NCBI GenBank assembly: GCA_036446455.1
Contig: JAZFSZ010000115.1
Coordinates: 267-64,266, forward strand
From: Acidiferrobacterales bacterium
Lineage (GTDB): Bacteria; Pseudomonadota; Gammaproteobacteria; Acidiferrobacterales; JAJDNE01
Length of the DNA stretch: 64,000 nucleotides
Direction of reading: 5' to 3'
How positions within the stretch are numbered: the first letter of the stretch is position 1; each line of letters starts with the position of its first letter. The position numbers and the translations under genes are program-made. This document shows, piece by piece, positions 1 to 8,816 of this stretch. The notes below the pieces were generated by a model. It was not told where the DNA came from. It saw nothing but the letters and a program-made list of their open reading frames with translations, and ran no database searches.

Positions 1-648
1 CACCGGCGGAACGCAATTCATATTACCGGCCACTGGTTCGATGATGACGCAGGCGATGTCTTCACCCGTTTCGGCAAAGGCTTGTTGCAGCTGTTCGAGA
101 TTATTGTATTCCAGTGTCAGCGTCATCGCCGCCAGGTCTGCCGGCACGCCGGGGGAGGTGGGCACACCCAGTGTCAGCGCACCGGAACCAGCCTTCACCA
201 GCAGCGAGTCGGAATGGCCGTGATAGCAGCCCTCGAACTTGACAATTTTGTCGCGGCCAGTAAAACCACGCGCCAGGCGAATCGCACTCATGGTGGCCTC
301 GGTGCCGGAATTGACCATGCGCACCTTTTCTACCGACGGCACCAGCGAGCAAATGAGATTCGCCATCTCCGTTTCAATGCGCGTCGGTGCGCCAAATCCG
401 AGACCGTTCTCGGCGGTTTTTTTGACCGCGTTAATCACGTCGGGATGGGCGTGACCGAGGATCATCGGGCCCCACGAGCCGACATAATCGATGTAACGTT
501 TATTATCCTCATCCCACAGATAAGCTCCTTCACCGCGGGCAAAAAATACCGGATCGCCGCCCACACCCTTGAATGCCCTCACGGGTGAATTAACGCCGCC
601 GGGAATGTGCTGGCTGGCTTGCTCAAAGAGTTCGGATGACGTGCTCAT
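1..648 (-). CDS. hemL: glutamate-1-semialdehyde 2,1-aminomutase (first 216 codons; 3' end lies beyond the left window edge)
   Basis: Absent from the ORF track because the frame runs off the window. Reverse-complement translation from ATG at 648-646 reads [71 protein letters not shown]...[45 protein letters not shown]. This is the characteristic N-terminal half of HemL. The listed + strand ORFs 41-588 are its antisense shadows. Confidence 0.9.
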   Translation of the reverse strand, partial: MSTSSELFEQASQHIPGGVNSPVRAFKGVGGDPVFFARGEGAYLWDEDNKRYIDYVGSWGPMILGHAHPDVINAVKKTAENGLGFGAPTRIETEMANLICSLVPSVEKVRMVNSGTEATMSAIRLARGFTGRDKIVKFEGCYHGHSDSLLVKAGSGALTLGVPTSPGVPADLAAMTLTLEYNNLEQLQQAFAETGEDIACVIIEPVAGNMNCVPPV

Positions 649-671
649 AAAAAGGGTCCTTGCAAGTCGGC

Positions 672-1301
672 TTAATGGGTAAACAACGCGGCGTAATTTT
701 CTGCCGCGCTGCGGATATCGGTTGCGCCAAATATGCCGGTAATGACGGCCAGTGCATCGGCGCCGGCCCTGACCAGACGGGCGCCATTTTCCGGTGTGAT
801 CCCGCCAATGGCAACTACCGGCAGCGAGAATTCCTGTCTCGCCTGCGCGAGTAGCGTTTCGCTCGCGCGTACGGCATCGGGTTTGACCAGGGAGGAATAG
901 AAGCTGCCGAAGGCAATATAGTCCGCACCAGCCGTTACTGCATGAACCGCACGCTCAAACTCGTTGTAACAGGAAATGCCGATGATCGAATGCTTGCCCA
1001 GGCGTGCGCGCACCGATTCAATTGTCGCGTCGTTTTTGCCCAGATGGACGCCATCGGCACCCGCTTGTTGAGCAAGTTCTACATCATCATTGACAATAAA
1101 CGGTATGCCGTTTCGCTGGCAAAGTTCGCGCAGCGCCGAGGCTTCGCGCAAACGTCGGGCGTGGTCACCGTCCTTGTCTCGATATTGTACAACGCCGGCA
1201 CCTCCGGCAATGGCCTCGGTGACGGCGGTAACCAAATCGTCGGCGATGACTTCGGTGTCGGCAATAACATAGAGGCCACGTATGGTATTGGCAGGACTCA
1301 A
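672..1301 (-). CDS. thiE: thiamine-phosphate synthase
   Basis: 209-aa ORF with [35 protein letters not shown] and VVAIGGI motifs typical of ThiE. It overlaps thiD by 4 nt. Confidence 0.9.
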   Translation of the reverse strand: MSPANTIRGLYVIADTEVIADDLVTAVTEAIAGGAGVVQYRDKDGDHARRLREASALRELCQRNGIPFIVNDDVELAQQAGADGVHLGKNDATIESVRARLGKHSIIGISCYNEFERAVHAVTAGADYIAFGSFYSSLVKPDAVRASETLLAQARQEFSLPVVAIGGITPENGARLVRAGADALAVITGIFGATDIRSAAENYAALFTH

Positions 1302-2113
1302 GTCTTTCGGCGCACCGAACTGCCGCCGTCTGCCCAGTATTGCCGTTGCGGTAATTTCTGGCCCATGCCGATCTGTTGGCTGCTGGCGAGACTATTCCAG
1401 GTGAACTGCAGCGCCTCGCGTACGGCGGTGGTGATGTCAAAACCCTGCGCCAGGGCACCGGCACAGGCGGAGGCCAGCGTACAACCGGAGCCATGGTATT
1501 CGCCCGGAAGTCTTTCCTGCGGGAAAGACTGCATGAAACGGCGATGGCCATATAAATAGTGAACCACGTTTTCAGTGGGTTCGTGGCTACCGGTGTGTAA
1601 AACGTACTCACATCCGAGTGACATCAGCTTCTGCACACAGGCCTCACGGCTGTCTGCCTCCGGTGCCAGTTGCTTTGCCTCGATGGCATTGGGGGTGACC
1701 AGGGTTGCCAGGGGGAACAACATGGAACGATAACCATCTTCCAGCGGTTCTTCGCTTAATGGGTCGCCGCCACCGGTGCTCAGTACCGGATCGACGACCA
1801 ACGGTATATCCGGATAGTCCTCGATTATAGTCGCCACTGCACTGAGATTGGCGGCGTTACCAAGCATACCGGTTTTGAAAGCGGCCACCGGCATATCTTC
1901 CAGCACCGCCCGCGCTTGTTCAATGACGAGTTCGGTATCCACGGCGACAAATTTTTTCAGTTCCAACGTATCCTGAGCAGTAACGGCGGTGACTACAGGT
2001 GCCGGATGGCAACCGAGTGCAGTCACGCTCTGTATGTCAGCCACCAGGCCGGCACCACCGGTAGGATCGCTACCGGCAAAGATCATGACCACGGGTGGTT
2101 TTTTATCGTTCAT
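1298..2113 (-). CDS. thiD: hydroxymethylpyrimidine / phosphomethylpyrimidine kinase
   Basis: 271-aa ORF with IFAGSDPTGGAGLVADIQ and HGSGCTLASACAGALAQG motifs of the ThiD/PfkB-type kinases. Operon position is between hemH and thiE. Confidence 0.9.
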   Translation of the reverse strand: MNDKKPPVVMIFAGSDPTGGAGLVADIQSVTALGCHPAPVVTAVTAQDTLELKKFVAVDTELVIEQARAVLEDMPVAAFKTGMLGNAANLSAVATIIEDYPDIPLVVDPVLSTGGGDPLSEEPLEDGYRSMLFPLATLVTPNAIEAKQLAPEADSREACVQKLMSLGCEYVLHTGSHEPTENVVHYLYGHRRFMQSFPQERLPGEYHGSGCTLASACAGALAQGFDITTAVREALQFTWNSLASSQQIGMGQKLPQRQYWADGGSSVRRKT

Positions 2114-3077
2114 GGTCTCGTGACAGTACCAGCTCTTTGAGTGTGTTGATAAGACCGGGATCGGTATTTAATGCCGGTACCACCCGATAGGATTCGACAC
2201 CGTGGCGTTGGGCGACATCGGCGTATTCCATGCCCAGCTCATGCAACGTCTCGATATGATCGGACACAAACGCAATAGGATAGATCAGAATTTGTTTCGA
2301 CCCCTGTTTCGCCTTTTCGATTATTGTATTCCTCGTATAAGGTTGTAGCCACTTTAATGGGCCGACACGGCTCTGGTAGCAAAGCGTGGTATGTGGCCAA
2401 CCGAGGATTTTGTTCACCGCCTCGACTGTTGCCCGTATGTGTTTTTCATAGGGGTCACCCCGGGCAATGATTTTTTGTGGCAAGCCATGGGCGGAAAATA
2501 AAAGCTCGATGTTTCCCGGATTCGGCGTCGGTAGCTTGACCGCCTCTGCAGTGATGGCGTCGGCAATGGCCTGATGGTAATCCGGTTCTTCATACCATTG
2601 TTTGATTAATGATATTTTTGGCTGATAGTTGTTTCGTTGGCAGGCGCGCCGAAAGTCGTTGTAGGAGCTGCCAGTAGTCGTCAGTGAATACTGTGGATAC
2701 AGTGGTAGTAAAATTACATCATCAATATCTTTTTCTTTCAGTGCGGTAACCACGTTGTCGGCCATGGGGTGCCAGTAACGCATGCAGACAAAAGTTTCGT
2801 AGTCGCCTTCATCTGACAACGCCTGGTTTAATGCCCTGGCCTGGGCGCGGGTAATTTCGAGCTGTGGCGATTTTCCGCCTATGGCACGATAGCCAATAGA
2901 TGCTTGCGGCGCCCGGCGACGCGAAATCGAACGGGCGAACCATTTTTGGGTAATAAACCCTAGCGGAATTTTGAAAATATCCGGATCCGAAAACAGATTG
3001 AACAGAAACGGTTCTACCGCCTCCAGAGAATCGGGGCCACCCAGGTTAAACAACACGACAGCGGTTGGTTTGCCCAT
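2103..3077 (-). CDS. hemH: ferrochelatase
   Basis: 324-aa ORF with VVLFNLGGPDSLEAVEPFLFNLFSDPDI, FSAHGLP and FVSDHIETLHEL signatures of ferrochelatase. Its 3' end overlaps the thiD start by 11 nt. Confidence 0.9.
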   Translation of the reverse strand: MGKPTAVVLFNLGGPDSLEAVEPFLFNLFSDPDIFKIPLGFITQKWFARSISRRRAPQASIGYRAIGGKSPQLEITRAQARALNQALSDEGDYETFVCMRYWHPMADNVVTALKEKDIDDVILLPLYPQYSLTTTGSSYNDFRRACQRNNYQPKISLIKQWYEEPDYHQAIADAITAEAVKLPTPNPGNIELLFSAHGLPQKIIARGDPYEKHIRATVEAVNKILGWPHTTLCYQSRVGPLKWLQPYTRNTIIEKAKQGSKQILIYPIAFVSDHIETLHELGMEYADVAQRHGVESYRVVPALNTDPGLINTLKELVLSRDHER

Positions 3078-3211
3078 AGCGATATAGTGACTATAAAGTG
3101 TAAGGAAATGGATTGTAACGCATGCGCATTCTGTATTTCACTACTCAGCTGAACATGAGAAAATCAGTGCCGCAGGATGTGGCATCTGGATAAAGTGGTA
3201 AAGAGAAACAA

Positions 3212-3376
3212 ATGAAGAGTTACATGTGTGTCGTATGCGGTTTTGTCTATGAAGAAGAGAAAGGCTTGCCGGATGAAGGGATTGCGCCCGGTACCCGATG
3301 GGAGGACATTCCCGAGACCTGGAAATGTCCGGAGTGTGGGGCAAGCAAGAATGAATTCGAGATGATCGAGATTTAA
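3212..3376 (+). CDS. rubredoxin (54 aa)
   Basis: Small ORF below the 60-aa cut-off of the track. ATG 3212 to TAA 3374-3376 gives MKSYMCVVCGFVYEEEKGLPDEGIAPGTRWEDIPETWKCPECGASKNEFEMIEI. It has two CxxCG knuckles (CVVCG, CPECG) and the conserved GTxWEDIPxxWxCP core of rubredoxins. Confidence 0.85.
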   Translation: MKSYMCVVCGFVYEEEKGLPDEGIAPGTRWEDIPETWKCPECGASKNEFEMIEI

Positions 3377-3408
3377 CGGATTGCCACAAGCCCCCTTCGC
3401 AACAACGC

Positions 3409-5994
3409 TCAACCAGCAGAATCCAGTTTTTTCTTGCTGACTCCCATGCCGTGGCGCGCCAATTTATAGTGTAGTGTATTGGGTCGCAGGCCGAGCAGCT
3501 TGGCCGCTTTGGATTTGTTGCCATCACAACGCTCCAGAGTCTCTCTTATAATGGCCGCCTCGAAATCGGCCACATGTTCTTCCAGTGTTTTGGTCTTGCC
3601 ATTTGAATAACTGACAAAGGACGGGGTGTTGCTGCCTTCCTTGCTGCCCAGACGCTCAAATATCAGATTCTTTAACACCGCCAGATTGTCAGTGTGGTGG
3701 TCCAGCTGCAAGGATTCGAGTTCCGACTGATCGAGATAGGAATCCTGCGTCGCCTGCAGGTTGTGCAGCAAAGTAAAGTAGTGTGCCAGCAGTTGCAGAT
3801 CGTCCTTGCGCTCACTGAGCCTGGGCAACTCGAGGGTAAAGGTCTGCAACACCTGCGGAATATCTTCTACGCCCGTTGCATCGTTCGGTTCATAACCCGC
3901 CATCAAGCGCACATTTCCGCTGTCCTGCACCAGCGCCAGCAATCGATCAACAATTTTGCGCGGGAGTTCGGCGAGGTTGTCGATCATCAGGCTGCCACCG
4001 CGTGCCTGTTTTAACAGTTGACGCACCCTTTGTTCGTCGTCCAGCGACAATGTGTCACTGGAAGCGCTGACATTCAGGCTGCCCGCCCGCAGCATGACGA
4101 ATTCGCCATTGGTGATGCCATGGTGATGAATATAGGCGGCAATGGCAGCGGTTTCTCCAGCATCCGCGGATTTGATCAACACCGGGTCAAAAAAGCGGGA
4201 CATACGAATGGCGTCGGCAATGGCATCGATAAAAATCTGGCTACGACCAATGAGCGGATTATCCGGTTCCGAAACAAAACACACCGCCTTGCGCAATTCG
4301 GCGATGGCATTCAAGCGGCGCACCAGCGTGGCGGCGGGCAAATCTGTCGGCAGCACCTCAATAATGCCGCCGAGTAACTCCTTCCGGTATTTGCGGGCAA
4401 ACGCCGGCGCACCGGCACCGTAAAGCAGAAAAGCCGATTTGCCACGACGTCCGGTCATGAGTTTAAGATAAGAACGACCCTCGCGATTGCCATTTCCTTC
4501 AATGTGACACACCAGGATATCTGACCGACTCTGGCGCCTGAAACTGAGCGAATCGGGTGCGACATATTGCGCCGTGTGCGGGAAGTGTTCGCGTAGTTGC
4601 GCCAGCATTGGTTTGTCCCGACCGAGCAAGGTCACCGTTGCCGGGATCGAGCTATCCTGACTCGCCGTGGAGATCAGGCTGAAACTGTCTGCCGGTTGTT
4701 CGCGTAACAGGCGAATGTTATCGCGCTGCAGATTTTCGTTTTCCTGTTCCAGCTTCTGGTAGGCTGCAACCAGTTGCTGCATCCGATCTTCCGTGTCGTC
4801 AATTTCTGCACGTATGGATATCATGCCTTCCAGGAACAGATCGGCCATCTTGTCGAATAATTGCTCGACCAATTTAAAGTCCTGTGGTGAGTACACCTGC
4901 TCACTAAAAGATTCGCCCATCAACAACCAGCCCGTTGCACGCCGGGTCTTGGGATAAAATGGCACGATGGCGCTGATGTGATGCTGTTTCATCTTGCCGT
5001 ATATTCCGGGCAGCGCACTGTACAGCTCTTCGCGTATGGCTATATGATTTAATTGTGACAACGCCTGTGGGGGTATGGTGGCCATGTTGCGCGCATTGCC
5101 CGCGGAGGCAAGGACAGCATGTTTGCCGTCCAGCAGCACGATAGGACATTTCAACGTCGCGGCCAGCGAAGACACAGCTTCTTTTGCAGAAGGCAGCTTG
5201 GCAATCTCGGCGATAAGCTGACGAATGCGGTCGTAAAAGGCCGTCTTGCGTTTACGTACGCGTGATCCCGGAATATAAAATTCGATATCAAACAGACGGT
5301 GTTGATGCGTGGCATAGGCGGTGATAGCCAGAAAGAAGGTAATGGCAATGGGCAGTGTTGCCGTGGTATTGAATTGCGTGGCATAACCCTGGTGTTGCAG
5401 CACCATCACAAGAAGAATGACAGCGCCCATGGGCAGCATGCCAATACCCATTAATTTGTTCTTTAGCCTTTTAGACGGTGTGTTCTGGTTGCGCGCACCA
5501 TAATAAAGAACCGCCAGAGTGATTACACAATAAACCAGAACATAGAGCTCGAATAACCAGTAACCCCGGCCGGCGATCTGCCCGTAGGTGTAATTCAGCC
5601 GGGTAAAGCCGGCGACGATGTAGTCGCTACCAAGAAGCAGGCTGCCCATGATGATGGCGGGTATATAAATAAGAGCAGTCAGCAGTGGCGACCCCATTCG
5701 GCTGCTCCGGTTGATCGCTAAAACAAGCGACAGATGCACCAATACGGCCAACGCAACCACGCTGGCCGCAAAATAAACATAACCGTTAAGAAAACTGTCT
5801 CGGGATACATTTTCCGGCCCGTGAAAATTAAGGATGCCGATTTCGGCGATATTCTGGACGGTAAGTGCCGCCAGAAAGAACAAAAACAGTTTGGCGGCGA
5901 AATCCCTGATTGTGGATGTTCGTGCATAGAGCAGTATCGCGACCTTTGCCGCCAGGACCAGCATCGCTGGAATTGAATAAAGTGAAATTTCCAT
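3409..5994 (-). CDS. membrane-anchored sigma-54 enhancer-binding-protein-like transcriptional regulator with degenerate AAA+ motifs and C-terminal Fis-type HTH
   Basis: 861-aa ORF. The first ~230 aa form about 7-8 hydrophobic helices. These are followed by a GAF-like region, a coiled coil (QQLVAAYQKLEQENENLQRDNIRLL), a receiver-like segment and an AAA+-like region (LELPRLSERKDDLQLLAHYF). A terminal HTH follows (GNKSKAAKLLGLRPNTLHYKLARHGM). Walker A, GAFTGA and the Walker B Glu are not conserved (see findings). Confidence 0.7.
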   Translation of the reverse strand: MEISLYSIPAMLVLAAKVAILLYARTSTIRDFAAKLFLFFLAALTVQNIAEIGILNFHGPENVSRDSFLNGYVYFAASVVALAVLVHLSLVLAINRSSRMGSPLLTALIYIPAIIMGSLLLGSDYIVAGFTRLNYTYGQIAGRGYWLFELYVLVYCVITLAVLYYGARNQNTPSKRLKNKLMGIGMLPMGAVILLVMVLQHQGYATQFNTTATLPIAITFFLAITAYATHQHRLFDIEFYIPGSRVRKRKTAFYDRIRQLIAEIAKLPSAKEAVSSLAATLKCPIVLLDGKHAVLASAGNARNMATIPPQALSQLNHIAIREELYSALPGIYGKMKQHHISAIVPFYPKTRRATGWLLMGESFSEQVYSPQDFKLVEQLFDKMADLFLEGMISIRAEIDDTEDRMQQLVAAYQKLEQENENLQRDNIRLLREQPADSFSLISTASQDSSIPATVTLLGRDKPMLAQLREHFPHTAQYVAPDSLSFRRQSRSDILVCHIEGNGNREGRSYLKLMTGRRGKSAFLLYGAGAPAFARKYRKELLGGIIEVLPTDLPAATLVRRLNAIAELRKAVCFVSEPDNPLIGRSQIFIDAIADAIRMSRFFDPVLIKSADAGETAAIAAYIHHHGITNGEFVMLRAGSLNVSASSDTLSLDDEQRVRQLLKQARGGSLMIDNLAELPRKIVDRLLALVQDSGNVRLMAGYEPNDATGVEDIPQVLQTFTLELPRLSERKDDLQLLAHYFTLLHNLQATQDSYLDQSELESLQLDHHTDNLAVLKNLIFERLGSKEGSNTPSFVSYSNGKTKTLEEHVADFEAAIIRETLERCDGNKSKAAKLLGLRPNTLHYKLARHGMGVSKKKLDSAG

Positions 5995-6132
5995 GTGAAG
6001 TATCTACTCTCCCTGTAGTCAACCTGTCATCCAAGATGTGATGTATGTCAAAGATTTGGTTAACACCCGTGGCTATCCTGCCACTTGGGCTGACCCCGAT
6101 AGGATTATTATAGATCATCAGCTAAGCGATTG

Positions 6133-6147
6133 ATAATCATTGATTAT
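6133..6147. promoter_or_regulatory. perfect 7-1-7 palindrome ATAATCA-t-TGATTAT in a divergent intergenic region (candidate operator)
   Basis: Read directly: ATAATCA (6133-6139), t, TGATTAT (6141-6147). The second arm is the exact reverse complement of the first. It lies between the EBP-like gene start (5994) and the fadE-like start (6331). It contains a GATAAT hexamer, so it is loosely Fur-box-like, but the identity of the binding protein is unknown. Confidence 0.35.
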
Positions 6148-6330
6148 TGTCGTGCAACCGGCCCAGGGATGCAAGTGGTTCCTGGCCACTACTGCTATAT
6201 TTAAAAAGCAGGGGCGGCGGGAGCCGTTATGCCGGCACGGGCTGGAAGTAAACTTTTTGCTGTATCCGCTCTCTAATTAATGGGGTAGCAGGTGTGGCTT
6301 TAACCGATTACAAAAAAATGGAGGGATAGC

Positions 6331-8799
6331 ATGATTGCGGTCTGGATTTCCGGATTCTTTGTGGCCATGGCTGCATTGGCTTATCACCGTGCACCACTGT
6401 GGTTATGGACTCTGAGTGCGGCGTTAGCACTCGCCTTTGGTTTGACGATTAATGAGGTATCCACGAGTGAGCAGATATTCTGGGCCTCGGTATTTGTGCT
6501 GGTTGTGGCACCGTTCAATATTTTTCCGTTACGACGCTTTCTGTTTAGTCAATTTCTTTTCACCTGGTTCAAACGCGTGTTACCGGCGATGTCCGATACC
6601 GAGCGCGAGGCCATTGAGGCTGGCACCGTCTGGTGGGACGCAGAAATATTCAGCGGCAAACCCGATTTCAGAAAATTGCTGGAAGTGCCAAAGCCACAAT
6701 TGACTGCAGAGGAACAGTCCTTTCTTGATGGGCCCGTCAATGAGTTGTGTGAACTGATTAATGACTGGGAAACCACCCACGTGTTACACGATTTATCGCC
6801 CGAAGTCTGGCAGTTCATGAAAGAAAAGGGTTTCTTCGGCATAATCATCCCCAAGAAATACGGCGGGCTGGAATTTACCGCACTCGGGCATTCAGCGGTG
6901 GTGGGCAAGATTGCCTCCCGTTCCATTACTGCGGCGGTTACCGTGATGGTGCCCAACTCACTGGGACCGGCAGAGCTGTTACTGCACTACGGTAACGATG
7001 AGCAGCGTCAACAATATTTACGCCGCCTTGCGGAAGGTAAAGACGTGCCCTGTTTTGCCTTGACCGGACCGAGTGCCGGTAGTGATGCCGGTGCGATGCC
7101 CGATAACGGTGTGGTCTGCAGGGGCGAGTTTGGTGGTAAGAAGGAAGTGCTCGGCATTCGGCTCAATTTCAACAAGCGTTATATTACGCTGGCACCGGTG
7201 GCGACGGTAATGGGTCTGGCATTCAAGCTTTATGACCCCGACCATCTTATCGGTGATAAGGATGAATACGGCATTACCGTTGCGTTGATACCTACCGATA
7301 CCGCTGGCATCGAAATTGGCCGGCGTCATGAGCCGTTGAACATCCCTTTCCAGAACGGACCCATATACGGCAAGGATGTTTTTATTCCCATAGACTGGAT
7401 TATTGGTGGCCAGAAGCGCGTCGGTCAGGGCTGGCGTATGCTGATGGAAAGCCTGGCTGTCGGTCGCTCTATCTCGCTGCCAGCACTTAGTGCCGGTGCC
7501 GGCAAGCTGTCGTCGCGCACCATTGGTGCTTACAGTCGTATCCGTCGCCAGTTCAATATGCCCATTGGTAAGTTTGAGGGCGTGGAAGAAGCGTTGGCAC
7601 GCATTGCCGGATATACCTACATGATGGAAGCGACGCGTACCCTGACCTTGTCGGCAGTGGATCTGGGCGAAAAACCGTCGGTGATTTCAGCGATCACCAA
7701 ATACGAATTGACCGAACACATGCGCCGTGTCATCGACGATGCCATGGATATCCGTGGCGGTTCCGGTATTTGCATGGGGCCGCGGAATCTGATCGGTCGC
7801 GTCTATCAGGCCATTCCCATCAGTATCACGGTGGAAGGCGCCAATATCCTTACGCGTTCGCTGATTATTTACGGTCAGGGCGCAATCCGGTGCCACCCTT
7901 ACGTGTTTGCGGAAATGGAATCCGCACTCAATGCGGATGCGCGTGTTGGGCTGGCGCAATTCGATCGTGCATTTTTTGGTCATATTGGGTTTGCCATCAG
8001 TAACGCGGTGCGCGCATTCTGGTTGGCAATTACCGGCGCCCGTTTTACCTACGTTCCGGTCAGTGGCTTGCCGCGGCGTTACGCACAACATGTCGTACGC
8101 CTGAGTTCCGCTTTCGCGCTATTGTCGGATATGGCCATGCTGACGCTGGGCGGGGCACTCAAGCGCAAGGAGAAAATTTCCGGTCGCCTGGCCGACGCCT
8201 TGAGCCATTTGTATATGACTTCGGCACTGATCAAGCGATTTAATGATGACGGTCAGCCCCGGGAGGACCGCGTGCTGTTCCAGTGGGCCGGCCGCTATTG
8301 TCTGAATCATGTGGAAGAGGCGCTGGACAGCATGGTTCAAAACTTCCCGGTGCGTCCGGTGGCATGGCTGATGCGCGCGTTGGCACTGCCCAGCGGCCGC
8401 TACATCGGTGTAGCCAATGACAAGCTTGGCCACAAGGTTGCGAGTATGCTGTTACAACCGTCAGCGGCCCGAGAGCGTCTCACCGGCGGCATGTTTGTTT
8501 CCAGTGACCCCGATGGACCCATTCATTTACTGGAAGACGCCCTGCCCAAGGTCATTGCCGCGGAGCCTATTGAGCGCAAGATAAGGCGGGCGGTGAAAAA
8601 AGGCAGAGTGACGGGTCGTGACAACGACGCGCAACTGGCCGATGCTGTTAGCAAGGACCTTATCAGCGAAAAAGAGGCCGAAACGGTGCGCATCGCCAAT
8701 GCGGCACGCGACAAGGTTATCCAGGTCGATGATTTTTCGCCCGAGGAGCTGGGGGCAAAAATCAGTGAAGACAGCCCCCAGGCCGCGGCGGCAAGTTAG
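6331..8799 (+). CDS. fadE: long-type acyl-CoA dehydrogenase (FadE-like)
   Basis: 822-aa ORF with N-terminal membrane-associated helices. It has an acyl-CoA dehydrogenase core (FALTGPSAGSDAGAM, ITVEGANILTRSLIIYGQG) and the C-terminal extension typical of FadE. GGAGGG RBS 6-11 nt upstream of the ATG. Confidence 0.85.
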   Translation: MIAVWISGFFVAMAALAYHRAPLWLWTLSAALALAFGLTINEVSTSEQIFWASVFVLVVAPFNIFPLRRFLFSQFLFTWFKRVLPAMSDTEREAIEAGTVWWDAEIFSGKPDFRKLLEVPKPQLTAEEQSFLDGPVNELCELINDWETTHVLHDLSPEVWQFMKEKGFFGIIIPKKYGGLEFTALGHSAVVGKIASRSITAAVTVMVPNSLGPAELLLHYGNDEQRQQYLRRLAEGKDVPCFALTGPSAGSDAGAMPDNGVVCRGEFGGKKEVLGIRLNFNKRYITLAPVATVMGLAFKLYDPDHLIGDKDEYGITVALIPTDTAGIEIGRRHEPLNIPFQNGPIYGKDVFIPIDWIIGGQKRVGQGWRMLMESLAVGRSISLPALSAGAGKLSSRTIGAYSRIRRQFNMPIGKFEGVEEALARIAGYTYMMEATRTLTLSAVDLGEKPSVISAITKYELTEHMRRVIDDAMDIRGGSGICMGPRNLIGRVYQAIPISITVEGANILTRSLIIYGQGAIRCHPYVFAEMESALNADARVGLAQFDRAFFGHIGFAISNAVRAFWLAITGARFTYVPVSGLPRRYAQHVVRLSSAFALLSDMAMLTLGGALKRKEKISGRLADALSHLYMTSALIKRFNDDGQPREDRVLFQWAGRYCLNHVEEALDSMVQNFPVRPVAWLMRALALPSGRYIGVANDKLGHKVASMLLQPSAARERLTGGMFVSSDPDGPIHLLEDALPKVIAAEPIERKIRRAVKKGRVTGRDNDAQLADAVSKDLISEKEAETVRIANAARDKVIQVDDFSPEELGAKISEDSPQAAAAS

Positions 8800-8816
8800 A
8801 TTTATAGGAGTTGAGC

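Noticed and set aside
41-588. Track ORFs 41-223, 82-588 and 239-454 on the + strand, and 101-352 on the minus strand, at the left edge.
   Set aside because: All lie inside or antisense to the clearly recognisable hemL reading frame (minus strand, 1-648). They have no recognisable motifs and Arg/Ala/Gly-rich shadow-ORF composition.
3084-3094. Short palindromes in the hemH/rubredoxin intergenic region (ATAGT-g-ACTAT, and CGCATGCG at ~3121-3128).
   Set aside because: They are too short (5-bp arms, 8-bp self-complementary) to separate from chance in a 134-nt AT-rich spacer without comparative data.
6127-6145. Calling the 6133-6147 palindrome region a Fur box.
   Set aside because: It matches the 19-bp Fur consensus at only 13/19 by my count, and the symmetry register differs from the TGATAAT-n-ATTATCA model. 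It is kept only as an unassigned operator candidate.
6150-6330. Searched for sigma-54 (-24 GG / -12 GC) promoters near the EBP-like gene, for example TGGCCACTACTGCT and GGCACGGGCTGGAA. Also checked TGGCACAACCAGCAAGC at ~52430.
   Set aside because: In every case the GG-to-GC spacing or the -12 TTGC element does not fit the TGGCACG-N4-TTGC consensus.
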